This document shows, one piece after another, positions 7,925 to 16,621 of a DNA stretch of 38,298 nt. The notes beneath the pieces are model-generated. The model did not search any database and was not told the origin of the DNA. It saw only the letters and a list, made by a program, of their open reading frames with translations. Position 1 is the stretch's first letter. The number at the start of each line of letters is the position of its first letter. Source of the DNA: a virus (taxonomy: Duplodnaviria; Caudoviricetes); the IMG/VR virus record IMGVR_UViG_3300048630_000558, positions 1 through 38,298 of that record, one strand, 5' to 3'. The translations under genes and the position numbers were made by a program.

Positions 7925-8549
7925 GAACAAGCGGCGCGCCGTGGCGCAGCAACAGCGACGCGAAGCGAATCACAACAGCTGGAAGCGCCGCCATCCCACG
8001 CTCGCCGCGGAGGAGCGGAAGCTAAAGCGGGAGAACCGCGCGGCCAGGCGCGACTTCGGCCACAAGCAGAACGGCACGGTGGAAACGCATCAGAAGGCCG
8101 CGCGCGCGCAGCAAGGCTCTCTGCTCCGAATGTACGAGGCGGGCCAATTGACGATCGAGCAGCTGGCCAGCAGCCAGTCGATCCGGGCAGTGGCGGAGCG
8201 GATCGGCGCCGATGTCGGGATCGGCACTGTCAGCCTAGAAACGCGCGTCGATCATGGCCGGCCGCATGACGGGGGCTTCTTCGAGCGTCTCGGCGCGGTG
8301 CGCGCAGAAGTCGCCTACGGCCGGTGGCGCGCCTCGATCGCCCGGAAGCGCGGCGGCGCGGCACCGGTGCTGGCGATGATCGTCGACGACATGAGCTGCA
8401 GCGAGGCCGCGCGGCAGTTTCGCATGCGAAAGGAGACCACGCGGGCCCGATTGCGCGACGCGCTGGATCTCTGGCCCGACTACATCGGCAAGGCCTGCGA
8501 CGAGATCGACGAAGCGACCATGCTGGCGGCGCAAGCAGGGATCATGTGA
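7899..8549 (+). CDS. Putative late-gene activator/antiterminator (Q-like, DUF6456-like)
   Basis: SLLRMYEAGQLTIEQLAS motif and C-terminal sigma4-like HTH (DDMSCSEAARQFRMRKETTRARLRDALDL); lies just before a terminator and the late operon. Confidence 0.6.
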   Translation: MATGVTGAENKRRAVAQQQRREANHNSWKRRHPTLAAEERKLKRENRAARRDFGHKQNGTVETHQKAARAQQGSLLRMYEAGQLTIEQLASSQSIRAVAERIGADVGIGTVSLETRVDHGRPHDGGFFERLGAVRAEVAYGRWRASIARKRGGAAPVLAMIVDDMSCSEAARQFRMRKETTRARLRDALDLWPDYIGKACDEIDEATMLAAQAGIM

Positions 8550-8666
8550 GGCGGTCCGTTCGCTCCAGCCCAATTTTCACCCTCCCCAGATGTCACCGAA
8601 ACGGCCAAATCCGACCCCGCGATAGTTGCGTCCGGAGCCCTCCTGGTTGCCGACGCGATGCCCGAG

Positions 8667-8710
8667 AAGGCCCGTTCACCCCATACAGCCCCGGGGTGAG
8701 CGGGCCTTTT
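8667..8710 (+). terminator. Intrinsic terminator at the head of the late operon (tR'-like)
   Basis: AAGGCCCGTTCACCCC-loop-GGGGTGAGCGGGCCTT followed by TT. Confidence 0.7.
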
Positions 8711-8733
8711 GCTATGCGAAGGAGGCGCGCCCG

Positions 8734-8940
8734 ATGCGAACGGCAGCAGCCCTTCATTTCCGCACAGATCGACCCACGATCGAGCAGCTGCTCGACCAGC
8801 AGGTGGATGCGCTGGACGGCCTGTTGGCCGAGGTTCGTCTCGGTATCCGCAACCAGCGCCATTTCGACGAGCTCGAGGAGCGGGCGACTGCGATCGGCGC
8901 CGATGTGCGCGGCGCCTTTAGGGATGGGCGGTGCCCATGA
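8734..8940 (+). CDS. Hypothetical protein (68 aa)
   Basis: Strong RBS AAGGAGG before ATG 8734; coupled to the next gene. Confidence 0.7.
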   Translation: MRTAAALHFRTDRPTIEQLLDQQVDALDGLLAEVRLGIRNQRHFDELEERATAIGADVRGAFRDGRCP

Positions 8941-9113
8941 TCGACCTGGCGGCCACAGAATCCATCGCGGACCAGGCCGAAGCCGAGGGCGGCCGATCGG
9001 TCACGGTCAGCGTTTCCTGGCTGCGCCAGGCGCTCCAGGAACTCCGAGATGGTCGCGCCGCCCAAGCGCGCCAGGGCAAGGTCTTCGCGAGCAGGAAGGG
9101 CAGGGCGCTGTGA
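8937..9113 (+). CDS. Hypothetical protein (58 aa)
   Basis: ATGA and GTGA overlaps at both ends. Confidence 0.6.
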   Translation: MIDLAATESIADQAEAEGGRSVTVSVSWLRQALQELRDGRAAQARQGKVFASRKGRAL

Positions 9114-9457
9114 AAGGCCCGAGCTTCGATCCCGCGATCGGCCGCAAGGTGCTGGCCGACCGCAGGCTGATCGACCAGCTCCTCGCACTCGCCGGCGGGC
9201 GCGGCCGCATGATCTGGCACAGCCAGCGCGCGTGGCAGAGCGGCACCTTCCGCGGCGCACGTCATGAAGTTTGCCTCGAGTTCGAGGGCTGCACCGAGAT
9301 GGAGGGTGCCAAGCAGCTGATCGACGGCGTGGATCGCGGCCGTTTCGCTGTCCCCGGCGTGACGGTGATCGAAGCGCAAGTGGCTGAGAGCATGCACGTC
9401 GCGCACCCGCTCCGCCTCACGGTGACGGCCGAGCTTGTCACGCTCGAGGAGGATTGA
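9110..9457 (+). CDS. Hypothetical phage protein (W.SGTF.G.RH motif)
   Basis: GTG start overlapping the previous stop; stop overlaps the gam-like start. Confidence 0.65.
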   Translation: MKGPSFDPAIGRKVLADRRLIDQLLALAGGRGRMIWHSQRAWQSGTFRGARHEVCLEFEGCTEMEGAKQLIDGVDRGRFAVPGVTVIEAQVAESMHVAHPLRLTVTAELVTLEED

Positions 9458-9975
9458 TGGATAAGCTTCGCCAGCCCCGCACGGTCGAGCAGGCCACCGC
9501 GCTATGCGAGAAGCTTGCCGAGCTCGAAGGTCAGATTGCCGAGATCGAGGCCGGCCGACAGGAATCGATCGCCGCGATCAACGCGCGCGCCGACACCGCC
9601 GCCAATGATCTGATCGCCCAGCGCGACGCGATCGCCGGAAAACTCGAGCCCTGGTGGAAGAAGGCCGGCCAAGCGCTCCTCGATGGCAAGCGCAAGTCGA
9701 TCGAGCTCGGCGGGTGCATCATCGGGACCGGAGCCACGCGCAAGTCGCTGCAGATCCCGACAGACGAGGCGACCACGATCGAGGGGATGCGGAAGCTGCG
9801 CTGGGCGGCGCCGTTCCTTCGCCAGAAGTGGTCGATCGATCGGGCCGCGACGCTGAAGGCGCTCGATGGGAAGCACCGGGACAAACTCACGGCGCTCGGC
9901 TTTGGCAAGGCTGGTGGCGAGGACAGGTTCTTCGTCAAGCGTGCGGAGCAGGAAGGCACCAGGAGCGGCAGATGA
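9457..9975 (+). CDS. Mu Gam-like host-nuclease inhibitor
   Basis: Coiled-coil N-terminus then LLDGKRKSIELGGCIIG...FLRQKWSIDRAA...GEDRFFVK, as in Mu Gam; RBS GAGGAGG. Confidence 0.8.
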   Translation: MDKLRQPRTVEQATALCEKLAELEGQIAEIEAGRQESIAAINARADTAANDLIAQRDAIAGKLEPWWKKAGQALLDGKRKSIELGGCIIGTGATRKSLQIPTDEATTIEGMRKLRWAAPFLRQKWSIDRAATLKALDGKHRDKLTALGFGKAGGEDRFFVKRAEQEGTRSGR

Positions 9976-10205
9976 AGCTGAGCATGCTGCCCATCGTGAA
10001 GCGCACGGCCGAGGCGCTCGTCCAAGTCGAGCTCGATATCGAAGTCGTCGAGAACAGCTTGTTCGATATCACTTTCGCCGGCCGGTATCAGGACGATGCG
10101 ATGAAGGCGGCGGCCAAGGGCGCGATCCTTTCCGAACTGCGCGGACGCAAGGCGTCTCTCGAGCGCGATCTCGAGAGCTACGGCGTCGACGTCGGCGCGG
10201 GCTGA
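9972..10205 (+). CDS. Hypothetical protein (77 aa)
   Basis: RBS AGGAG; start/stop overlaps at both ends. Confidence 0.65.
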   Translation: MKLSMLPIVKRTAEALVQVELDIEVVENSLFDITFAGRYQDDAMKAAAKGAILSELRGRKASLERDLESYGVDVGAG

Positions 10206-10570
10206 TGCCGAAGCGGCCGCCGGTCTTCCGTCCTCCGGGCTGGCGGGAAAGGAAGCCGTGGCAGCTGCGGGACGGGCGCAAGGATCGCCGCAAGCGCGGC
10301 AGAGCCGGGATGCGCGAAAGAGCGCAGGTTCTGGCTGAGGAGCCGTTCTGCAGGTCCTGCCTGGCCGCAGGACTCCATGTGCGTGCCGCGGTGGTCGACC
10401 ACGTCATTCCGCTCGCCTGGGACGGCAGCGATGAGCGCTGGAACAAGCAGGCGCTCTGCACCGCCTGCCACGATGCCAAGTCCGCTGCTGAGCGAACGAA
10501 CGGTCCGCCGGCCGACATCGCGCGGCAAGCGGCGAAGCTGAAGGCGGACTGGCTGGCGTCGAGGAGCTGA
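10205..10570 (+). CDS. HNH endonuclease (terminase-associated)
   Basis: EEPFCRSC...AAVVDHVIPLAWDGSDERWNKQALCTACHDAKS, immediately upstream of terS. Confidence 0.9.
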   Translation: MPKRPPVFRPPGWRERKPWQLRDGRKDRRKRGRAGMRERAQVLAEEPFCRSCLAAGLHVRAAVVDHVIPLAWDGSDERWNKQALCTACHDAKSAAERTNGPPADIARQAAKLKADWLASRS

Positions 10571-10723
10571 GGCCTCGCGAGATCGGCCCCGGGGGGGGGG
10601 GAGGGTCGATTTCGCGAGGCGTCTCGCCCGGACACCGACGCTTTAAACAGATTTTCGCGTGGGCGATTTCAAAGGTGAAAAAGTTCGCGGCCGGGAACCG
10701 CGTGCGACAGGAGGGCGGGCGCG
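10571..10723. other. Probable cos/packaging region
   Basis: Non-coding gap between HNH and terS with a G11 run (10591-10601) and an AT-richer tract, the usual cos position in HNH-terS-terL phages; cut site not identifiable. Confidence 0.5.
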
Positions 10724-11230
10724 ATGCCTCGAGGGGGCGCTCGGCCGAACAGCGGCCGCAAGCGGAAGGACCCGGCGTTGAAGGCGCTGACCGGGAACGC
10801 GCGTGCCGATCGGGAAAACGCAGTGGGCGAGCCGGCGCCAGTCGCGCCGATGATTTGCCCGCTACATCTCAGCGACCTCGCGCAGTTGCACTTCAAGTCA
10901 ATCGCCGGGATCCTGGAGGAGCAGCAGCGCGCGAGCCCGCATTTTGCGGAGCATGTTGCGTTGCTCGCTCAACGTCTCGAGCAGATCCAGCGCTACCAAG
11001 CTGTGATCGAGGTCGAGGGCGACACCTTTACGAGTGAATCGGCCAAGAAGGTCGGTGACCGCGTGGTCGTCACGAAGATGGTCCGCGCGAGGCCGGAAGT
11101 GGCGATGCTGAACGAAGCGATGCGCCACGCGCAGTCTCTCCTGGCGGAGCTGATGCTCAACCCGGCGGCGGCGCTTCGCTTGGCGAGTGGTCACAAGCCG
11201 GAAGGCGGCTCCTTCGACGACTTCTTCTGA
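10724..11230 (+). CDS. terS: Terminase small subunit (P27 family)
   Basis: MPRGGARPNSGRKRK...RARPEVAMLNEA...AELMLNPAA. Confidence 0.88.
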   Translation: MPRGGARPNSGRKRKDPALKALTGNARADRENAVGEPAPVAPMICPLHLSDLAQLHFKSIAGILEEQQRASPHFAEHVALLAQRLEQIQRYQAVIEVEGDTFTSESAKKVGDRVVVTKMVRARPEVAMLNEAMRHAQSLLAELMLNPAAALRLASGHKPEGGSFDDFF

Positions 11231-11240
11231 GGAGAACAGC

Positions 11241-11498
11241 ATGTTTGGTTCGAGGCTCGGAGCGCTCGCGCTCGCCAGTTGCGCATTCGGTTCGATGGCG
11301 ATTGCGACGCCGCCGGTGGCCATCGCGCCGGCCGACGAGACTACCGTCACGCCTGCGCGCAGAAAGCGCGCGCTTCGCGGCTTGCCCCCGCGGCACAACC
11401 GGCGCCGGTCGCGCGGGCCTCAGGCCCATCCAAAGCGCAAGCGCAATATGGTGACGCACAGCCGTCGCGTGCGGCGCAAGCGCAGGCGTGCCGCCTAG
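11241..11498 (+). CDS. Hypothetical protein, hydrophobic N-terminus and Arg-rich tail (85 aa)
   Basis: RBS GAGGAG before ATG 11241; fills the terS-terL gap. Confidence 0.6.
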   Translation: MFGSRLGALALASCAFGSMAIATPPVAIAPADETTVTPARRKRALRGLPPRHNRRRSRGPQAHPKRKRNMVTHSRRVRRKRRRAA

Positions 11499-11504
11499 CC
11501 GCAT

Positions 11505-13259
11505 GTGTCGGACCGCGACTATGCGGCGATTGCGCGGCAGTACGCCAGCGATGTCGTCAAAGGGAAGATCCCTGCCTGCAAGTCCATCCGGCTTCAGTGC
11601 GCGAGGTTCCTCGACGAGCTGAAGCTCCAGCGGAAGAAGGATTTCCCCTTCCGCTTCGACGCCGAGAAGGCGGCGCGCACCTGCAAGTTCATCGAGCGGC
11701 TGCCGCACTCGAAGGGCCAGTGGGCTCGCGCGAAGGAGACGCTGCGCCTCGAAGGCTGGCAGGTGTGGATCCTCGCCTGCACCTTCGGGTGGCTGCGGAA
11801 AAAGGACGGCCTTCGCCGCTTCCGGGTCCTGTTCGTGGTCGTACCGCGGAAGAACGGCAAGTCGGCGATCGCCGCGGGCATCGGCCTCTACATGTTCTGT
11901 GCCGATGGTGAGTTCGGCGCCGAGGTCTACTCCGGCGCGACCAACGAGAAGCAGGCGTGGGAAGTGTTCGGGCCTGCGCGCCTGATGGCGATGCGCACGC
12001 CGGCGCTGACGAAGGCGGCGGGGATCGAGGTCAACGCGAAGAACCTGGTTCGCTTCGCCGACAACTCGAAATTCGAAACGATCATCGGGGACCCTGGGGA
12101 CGGTCAAAGCCCGAGCTGCTCGATACACGACGAGTACCACGAGCATGCGGACGACGGGCAGGTCAACACGATGCAGACCGGCATGGGCGCGCGCGAGCAG
12201 CCCCTGCAGGTCCTGATCACGACCGCCGGCGATAACCTCGCGGGCCCATGCTACGCCGCGATCCAGGAGGAGCGCGCCAAACTCGCGGGCGTCGGCCACA
12301 ATGGCGGGCCGCCGCTCGACGACGAGACGTTCTTCGTCGAGTACACGATCGACGAAGACGACGACTGGAAGAGCGAGGCCGCACTCCGGAAGGCGAATCC
12401 GAACTACGACGTCTCGGTCAAGGCGGACTTCCTGCTCGCGCGCCAGCGCGATGCGATCGCCACGCCGCGCAAGGCCGGCGCGTTCAAGACGAAGCATCTG
12501 AACCTGTGGGTCGCGGCAAAGGCCGCCTACTTCGACATCGAAGCGTGGCGGCGCTGTCACGATCCGAACATTCCGGTGAAGGCAGTCGAGGCGGTCGAGC
12601 TAGAGCAGCTTGCCGGACGCCGCTGCATCGCGAGCTTCGACCTCGCATCCAAGGTAGACATTGCCGCGCTCGAGCTGCTCTTCCCGCCGATCGGCGGGAA
12701 GGCCACCGTCGACGATCCTTACATCCGGATCGGATTCTACTTCGTGCCGGAAGAGACGGTGCTGAAGGTCGAAGCGTACCAGAACTGGGACGCGCAGGGC
12801 CTTCTCAACGTCACCGACGGCGAGATCATCGACTACGACGAGATCTTCGAAGTGCTGCGCCAGGTGCGCGGCTTCTTCCAGCTCGAACAGGTCGCATACG
12901 ATCCGCACCAGGCCACCTACCTGGTGAAGAAGATGCAAGACGAGGGCATCCCGGTCGTGGAGGTCCGCCCGAACGTCCTCAACTTCAGCGAGCCAATGAA
13001 GGAACTCGACGCGCTCACCCGCGCCAGGACGATCGCGCATGGCGGCTGCCCGGTCATGGAGTGGCAGATGAACAATGTCGTCGCGCAGGCCGACGCGAAG
13101 GACAACGTCTACCCGCGCAAACCGCGCGCGGAGGCGAAGATCGATAATCCGGTGGCGCTGATCGCTGGTCTCGCCGTTGCGATGGCGAAGGAGGAGGAAC
13201 AAGTGCCGACTTCGCCCTGGGACGATCCCGAATTTTCGATTACCGGAGCCGAGGACTGA
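11505..13259 (+). CDS. terL: Terminase large subunit
   Basis: Walker A VPRKNGKS, Walker B IHDEYH, ITTAG coupling motif, nuclease FDLAS and KIDNPVAL. Confidence 0.97.
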   Translation: MSDRDYAAIARQYASDVVKGKIPACKSIRLQCARFLDELKLQRKKDFPFRFDAEKAARTCKFIERLPHSKGQWARAKETLRLEGWQVWILACTFGWLRKKDGLRRFRVLFVVVPRKNGKSAIAAGIGLYMFCADGEFGAEVYSGATNEKQAWEVFGPARLMAMRTPALTKAAGIEVNAKNLVRFADNSKFETIIGDPGDGQSPSCSIHDEYHEHADDGQVNTMQTGMGAREQPLQVLITTAGDNLAGPCYAAIQEERAKLAGVGHNGGPPLDDETFFVEYTIDEDDDWKSEAALRKANPNYDVSVKADFLLARQRDAIATPRKAGAFKTKHLNLWVAAKAAYFDIEAWRRCHDPNIPVKAVEAVELEQLAGRRCIASFDLASKVDIAALELLFPPIGGKATVDDPYIRIGFYFVPEETVLKVEAYQNWDAQGLLNVTDGEIIDYDEIFEVLRQVRGFFQLEQVAYDPHQATYLVKKMQDEGIPVVEVRPNVLNFSEPMKELDALTRARTIAHGGCPVMEWQMNNVVAQADAKDNVYPRKPRAEAKIDNPVALIAGLAVAMAKEEEQVPTSPWDDPEFSITGAED

Positions 13260-14554
13260 TGGGGTTCTGGAGCCGGTTGGTCGGTCGAGGCTCGGCCGAG
13301 GAGACTGGCGAAAGCCGGTCGCTCGAGGATCCGAGCTACAAGCTGGGCGAGAACCCCGAGGCCCTCCTGCAGCTGCTGGGCGTCCTCGAGCGCAACAACG
13401 CGCTGCCCGTGGTATCGATTGAGGCGGCGCTGCAGGTGCCGGCGGTCTGGTCGATCGTCAACTTCCTCCCGCGCACGCTTGCGGCGCTGCCGTTGCACAC
13501 GTTCGAGTCCGGTGAGAACGGCGAGCGCGTAGACGATCGGGCGGCACAGCTGCTCTCGTTCGCCCCCAATGAGGAAGAGACCAGCTTTGGCTGGCGGTGT
13601 TATCACTGGCACCAGGTGTTCACTGGCGGCCGCGGTTGCAGCTGGATCGAACGCGTAGGCGGGCGGCCGGTAGCGATCTGGCCGATGGATCCTGCGCAAA
13701 CGCAAGTAGTACGCCGCGACGGCCGCAAGACCTACCGCTTCGACGGGCGCGAATACCCGGCGCGAGATGTGATCGACACGCCATTTTTGCTGAAGCGCGA
13801 TCGCCTCGGCAGCTACAGCCCGATCGCCAAGTGCAACAAGGCAATCAGTCTGGCAATCGCCATGGGAGAATTCGCCGGCAGCTTCTTTAGCGGGGGTGGA
13901 ATTCCGCCGCTGGCGCTCGAAGGTCCAATGCCCAGCGGTGTGGACGCGTTCAAGCGCGCCCAGGCTGACATCCAACGCGCGATCGACATGGCGAAGAAGG
14001 CGGGGATGCCGTTCTTCGGCATGCCGCCGGGCCATGCATTGAAGGCTATCGGCGTCGACCCGGACAAGGGCCAGATGTCAGACGCGCGCCTATTCCAGAT
14101 TCAGGAGGTTGCCCGGATCTGGCAGGTGCCGCCCGTCTTCGTCGGCGATCTGTCGAAAGGGACATTCAGCAACACCGAGCAGCAGGATTTGCAGCTGGTG
14201 AAGCACCTGATCGGGCAATGGGCCAAGGCGTTCGAGGACGAACTCACTCTTAAGCTCTACGGTTGGCGCAATCCGCGCCGCCGAGTGAAGCACAATCTCG
14301 ACGGACTTCAGCGCGGTGCCTTCAAGGATCGCGTCGAGGCGCTCGCCCGGGCAATCCTGACCGGGCAGCTGATGCCCGACGAAGCGCGCGCGCTGGAGAA
14401 TCGGCCGCCGGATCCGAACGGCTACGGCGACAGGCTTTACGTGCAGCAGGCGACCGTGCCGCTCGGCGCTGTTCCGGGGCCAGGTCACAACGGCGGCCCG
14501 CCGCTCGACGAAGAAGAAGAGGAGGAAGGCGCCGATGCCGGCACCGAAAACTGA
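13259..14554 (+). CDS. HK97-family portal protein
   Basis: ALQVPAVWSIV, EVARIWQVPP, TFSNTEQQ, PDEARALEN.PP. Confidence 0.96.
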   Translation: MGFWSRLVGRGSAEETGESRSLEDPSYKLGENPEALLQLLGVLERNNALPVVSIEAALQVPAVWSIVNFLPRTLAALPLHTFESGENGERVDDRAAQLLSFAPNEEETSFGWRCYHWHQVFTGGRGCSWIERVGGRPVAIWPMDPAQTQVVRRDGRKTYRFDGREYPARDVIDTPFLLKRDRLGSYSPIAKCNKAISLAIAMGEFAGSFFSGGGIPPLALEGPMPSGVDAFKRAQADIQRAIDMAKKAGMPFFGMPPGHALKAIGVDPDKGQMSDARLFQIQEVARIWQVPPVFVGDLSKGTFSNTEQQDLQLVKHLIGQWAKAFEDELTLKLYGWRNPRRRVKHNLDGLQRGAFKDRVEALARAILTGQLMPDEARALENRPPDPNGYGDRLYVQQATVPLGAVPGPGHNGGPPLDEEEEEEGADAGTEN

Positions 14555-15149
14555 GGGCCTCGAGCTCCGGGCGTTCACGCAGCAGGCCGAGCTGCGGTTT
14601 GCGGCCGACGAGCAGGGCAAGCGCACCGCGACGGGGTACTTCTGCCTTGCCGATAACGTCACCGACATCGGGGGCTATTGGCAGGAGAAGTTCGCTCGCG
14701 GCGCTTTCGCCAAGTCGTTGCAGGAGCGCGACGTGGTCGCCCTTCACAGTCACAACGACGGTCGTCCGGTCGGCCGCAAGAGCCGCGACACCCTCAAGAT
14801 CGAAGAGGACGATCGCGGCTACGCGTTCGAGAACGTCCTGCCGGACACCAGCGACGGTCGCGACCTCGCCGTCCAACTGGAGCGCGGGGATATCGAGGGT
14901 ATGTCGTTCCGCTTCCGCGCGTTGAAAGAAGAGTGGGACGAAACCGTCGATCCTCCGATGCGCACGATCGTCGAGGCCGACCTCTACGAAATCACCTACA
15001 CCGCATTTCCGGCGTACCCCGACACGTCGGTCGGTATGCGGAGCCTCGAGCACGCGCGCAAGGAGCGCCGCCAGCACAACCAGGCAGGCGCACTTGGGCG
15101 ACTTGCCTCGCGGCGCATGAAGCTCGCCCAGCGCGACCGGAAAATCTGA
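14535..15149 (+). CDS. HK97 prohead protease
   Basis: EKFARGAF, ALHSHN, RGDIEGMSFRF, EITYTAFPAYPDT. Confidence 0.95.
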   Translation: MPAPKTEGLELRAFTQQAELRFAADEQGKRTATGYFCLADNVTDIGGYWQEKFARGAFAKSLQERDVVALHSHNDGRPVGRKSRDTLKIEEDDRGYAFENVLPDTSDGRDLAVQLERGDIEGMSFRFRALKEEWDETVDPPMRTIVEADLYEITYTAFPAYPDTSVGMRSLEHARKERRQHNQAGALGRLASRRMKLAQRDRKI

Positions 15150-15200
15150 GTTCCCGGGGTTCCCGGAGGTGGCGAAAGCGGCCCGCTTCTCGCCCTAGTT

Positions 15201-15222
15201 GCCCGCCCCTGGCGGGCTTTTT
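15201..15222 (+). terminator. Terminator-like hairpin upstream of the capsid RBS
   Basis: GCCCGCC-CCT-GGCGGGC-TTTTT. Confidence 0.55.
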
Positions 15223-15240
15223 CATGTCCAGGAGAGACAG

Positions 15241-16527
15241 ATGATCCTCACCCAGTACTACGAGGAGCGGGGCCAGCTGGTGGCCGAAGCCCGCTCGATC
15301 CTCGACGGCATCGAGAACGAGACCGACGAGACGAAGATCAAGGAAGCCGAACAGCGGCACGACATCGTGATGGGCAAGCTCGACGCGCTCGACAAGAAAA
15401 TCGAGCGCGAGGAGCGTACTGCTCAGCGTGAGCAGCAGGAGGAGGAGCGCCGTTCTCGCCAGCGTCCCAACGGCCGCGACGGCACTGCCGGCGGCGTCGA
15501 CGGCGGCGAGGACGAAGAGCGGAGCGACGAGGAACTCCAGGCCGAGTACCGTGACGCGTTTTACGCGGCGATCCGCGCCGGCGGGGAGCTGAGTGCGCTC
15601 GAGCCCGAACAGCGCGCCCTGTTGCGCCAGGGTTACGTGGAAAGCCGGACGCAAACGGCCGGTTCCGATGCGGCGGGGGGCTACACCGTCCCGACCGAAC
15701 TCGCGAACAGGATCGTCGAGACGATGAAGGACTGGGGCCCGATGTACGACCCCGGGGTCACCGACGAGATGGTCACCAGTGGCGGCAATCCGTTCGACAT
15801 TCCCACGAACGACGACACCGACAACTCCGCGGCCGCATTGGCGGAGGCAGCCGACCTGACGGATGACGGCAGCGGCGATCTGGAGTTCGGCGAGAAGAGC
15901 CTCGCCGCTTATGTCTATGCGACCCCGTGGCTGAAAATCAGCTTCGAACTGCTCCAGGACTCGGCGTTCAACATCGAGGCGTTCGTCGGCAGCAAGCTCG
16001 GCCAGCGGCTCGGCAGGATTGCCAATGCGCGGCTGACGGTCGGAACGGGCGCTTCGCAGCCCAATGGCATCGTCACCGCTTCGCCGCAGGGCAAGGTCGC
16101 CGCCTCCGCTGTCGCGATCGCGGCCGACGAGCTGATCGACCTGCAGCACTCGGTAAACGCAGCCTATCGCCGCTCGCCGAAATGCGGGTGGATGTTCGCC
16201 GACACAACTCTCGCTTCCATCCGGAAACTGAAGGACGGCCAGGGCAACTATCTCTGGCAGATGGGCGATGTCCGCGTCGGCGCTCCGGACCTGATCCTGG
16301 GCAAGAAGTACCACGTGAACGACGACGTGCCTGCGATTGCCGCAAGCGCCAAGCCGGTCATTTTCGGCGACCTCGGAGCGTACATGGTGCGCAAGGTGGG
16401 TCGGCCGCTGATTGGCACCGTGCGCGAGCGCTTCTGGCCGAAGGTCGGCATGGCAGGCCTCATCCGCTTCGACGGGGAACTGACCGACACCGCGGCGGTC
16501 AAGCACCTCGCAATGGCGGCTGCCTAA
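15241..16527 (+). CDS. HK97-family major capsid protein with delta domain
   Basis: RBS AGGAGAG; coiled-coil N-terminus, GGYTVPTEL, ISFELLQDS, KLKDGQGNYLWQ, FGDL. Confidence 0.96.
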   Translation: MILTQYYEERGQLVAEARSILDGIENETDETKIKEAEQRHDIVMGKLDALDKKIEREERTAQREQQEEERRSRQRPNGRDGTAGGVDGGEDEERSDEELQAEYRDAFYAAIRAGGELSALEPEQRALLRQGYVESRTQTAGSDAAGGYTVPTELANRIVETMKDWGPMYDPGVTDEMVTSGGNPFDIPTNDDTDNSAAALAEAADLTDDGSGDLEFGEKSLAAYVYATPWLKISFELLQDSAFNIEAFVGSKLGQRLGRIANARLTVGTGASQPNGIVTASPQGKVAASAVAIAADELIDLQHSVNAAYRRSPKCGWMFADTTLASIRKLKDGQGNYLWQMGDVRVGAPDLILGKKYHVNDDVPAIAASAKPVIFGDLGAYMVRKVGRPLIGTVRERFWPKVGMAGLIRFDGELTDTAAVKHLAMAAA

Positions 16528-16621
16528 ACGCCGAACGATCGGACCGGGCGGAGCGCGTGTTCCGCCCGGCCTTTCCTCGAGCGCCGGCGCGCCGGCTCTC
16601 CAGGAAGGGAAGGAGACACCC

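Noticed and set aside
9457-9975. Mu-like transposable phage, suggested by Gam and the terminal methylase
   Set aside because: No MuA/MuB transposase genes and the head module is HK97-type
10591-10601. G11 homopolymer as a phase-variation switch
   Set aside because: Intergenic and at the position where G-runs commonly occur near cos sites; no evidence of a promoter or CDS effect
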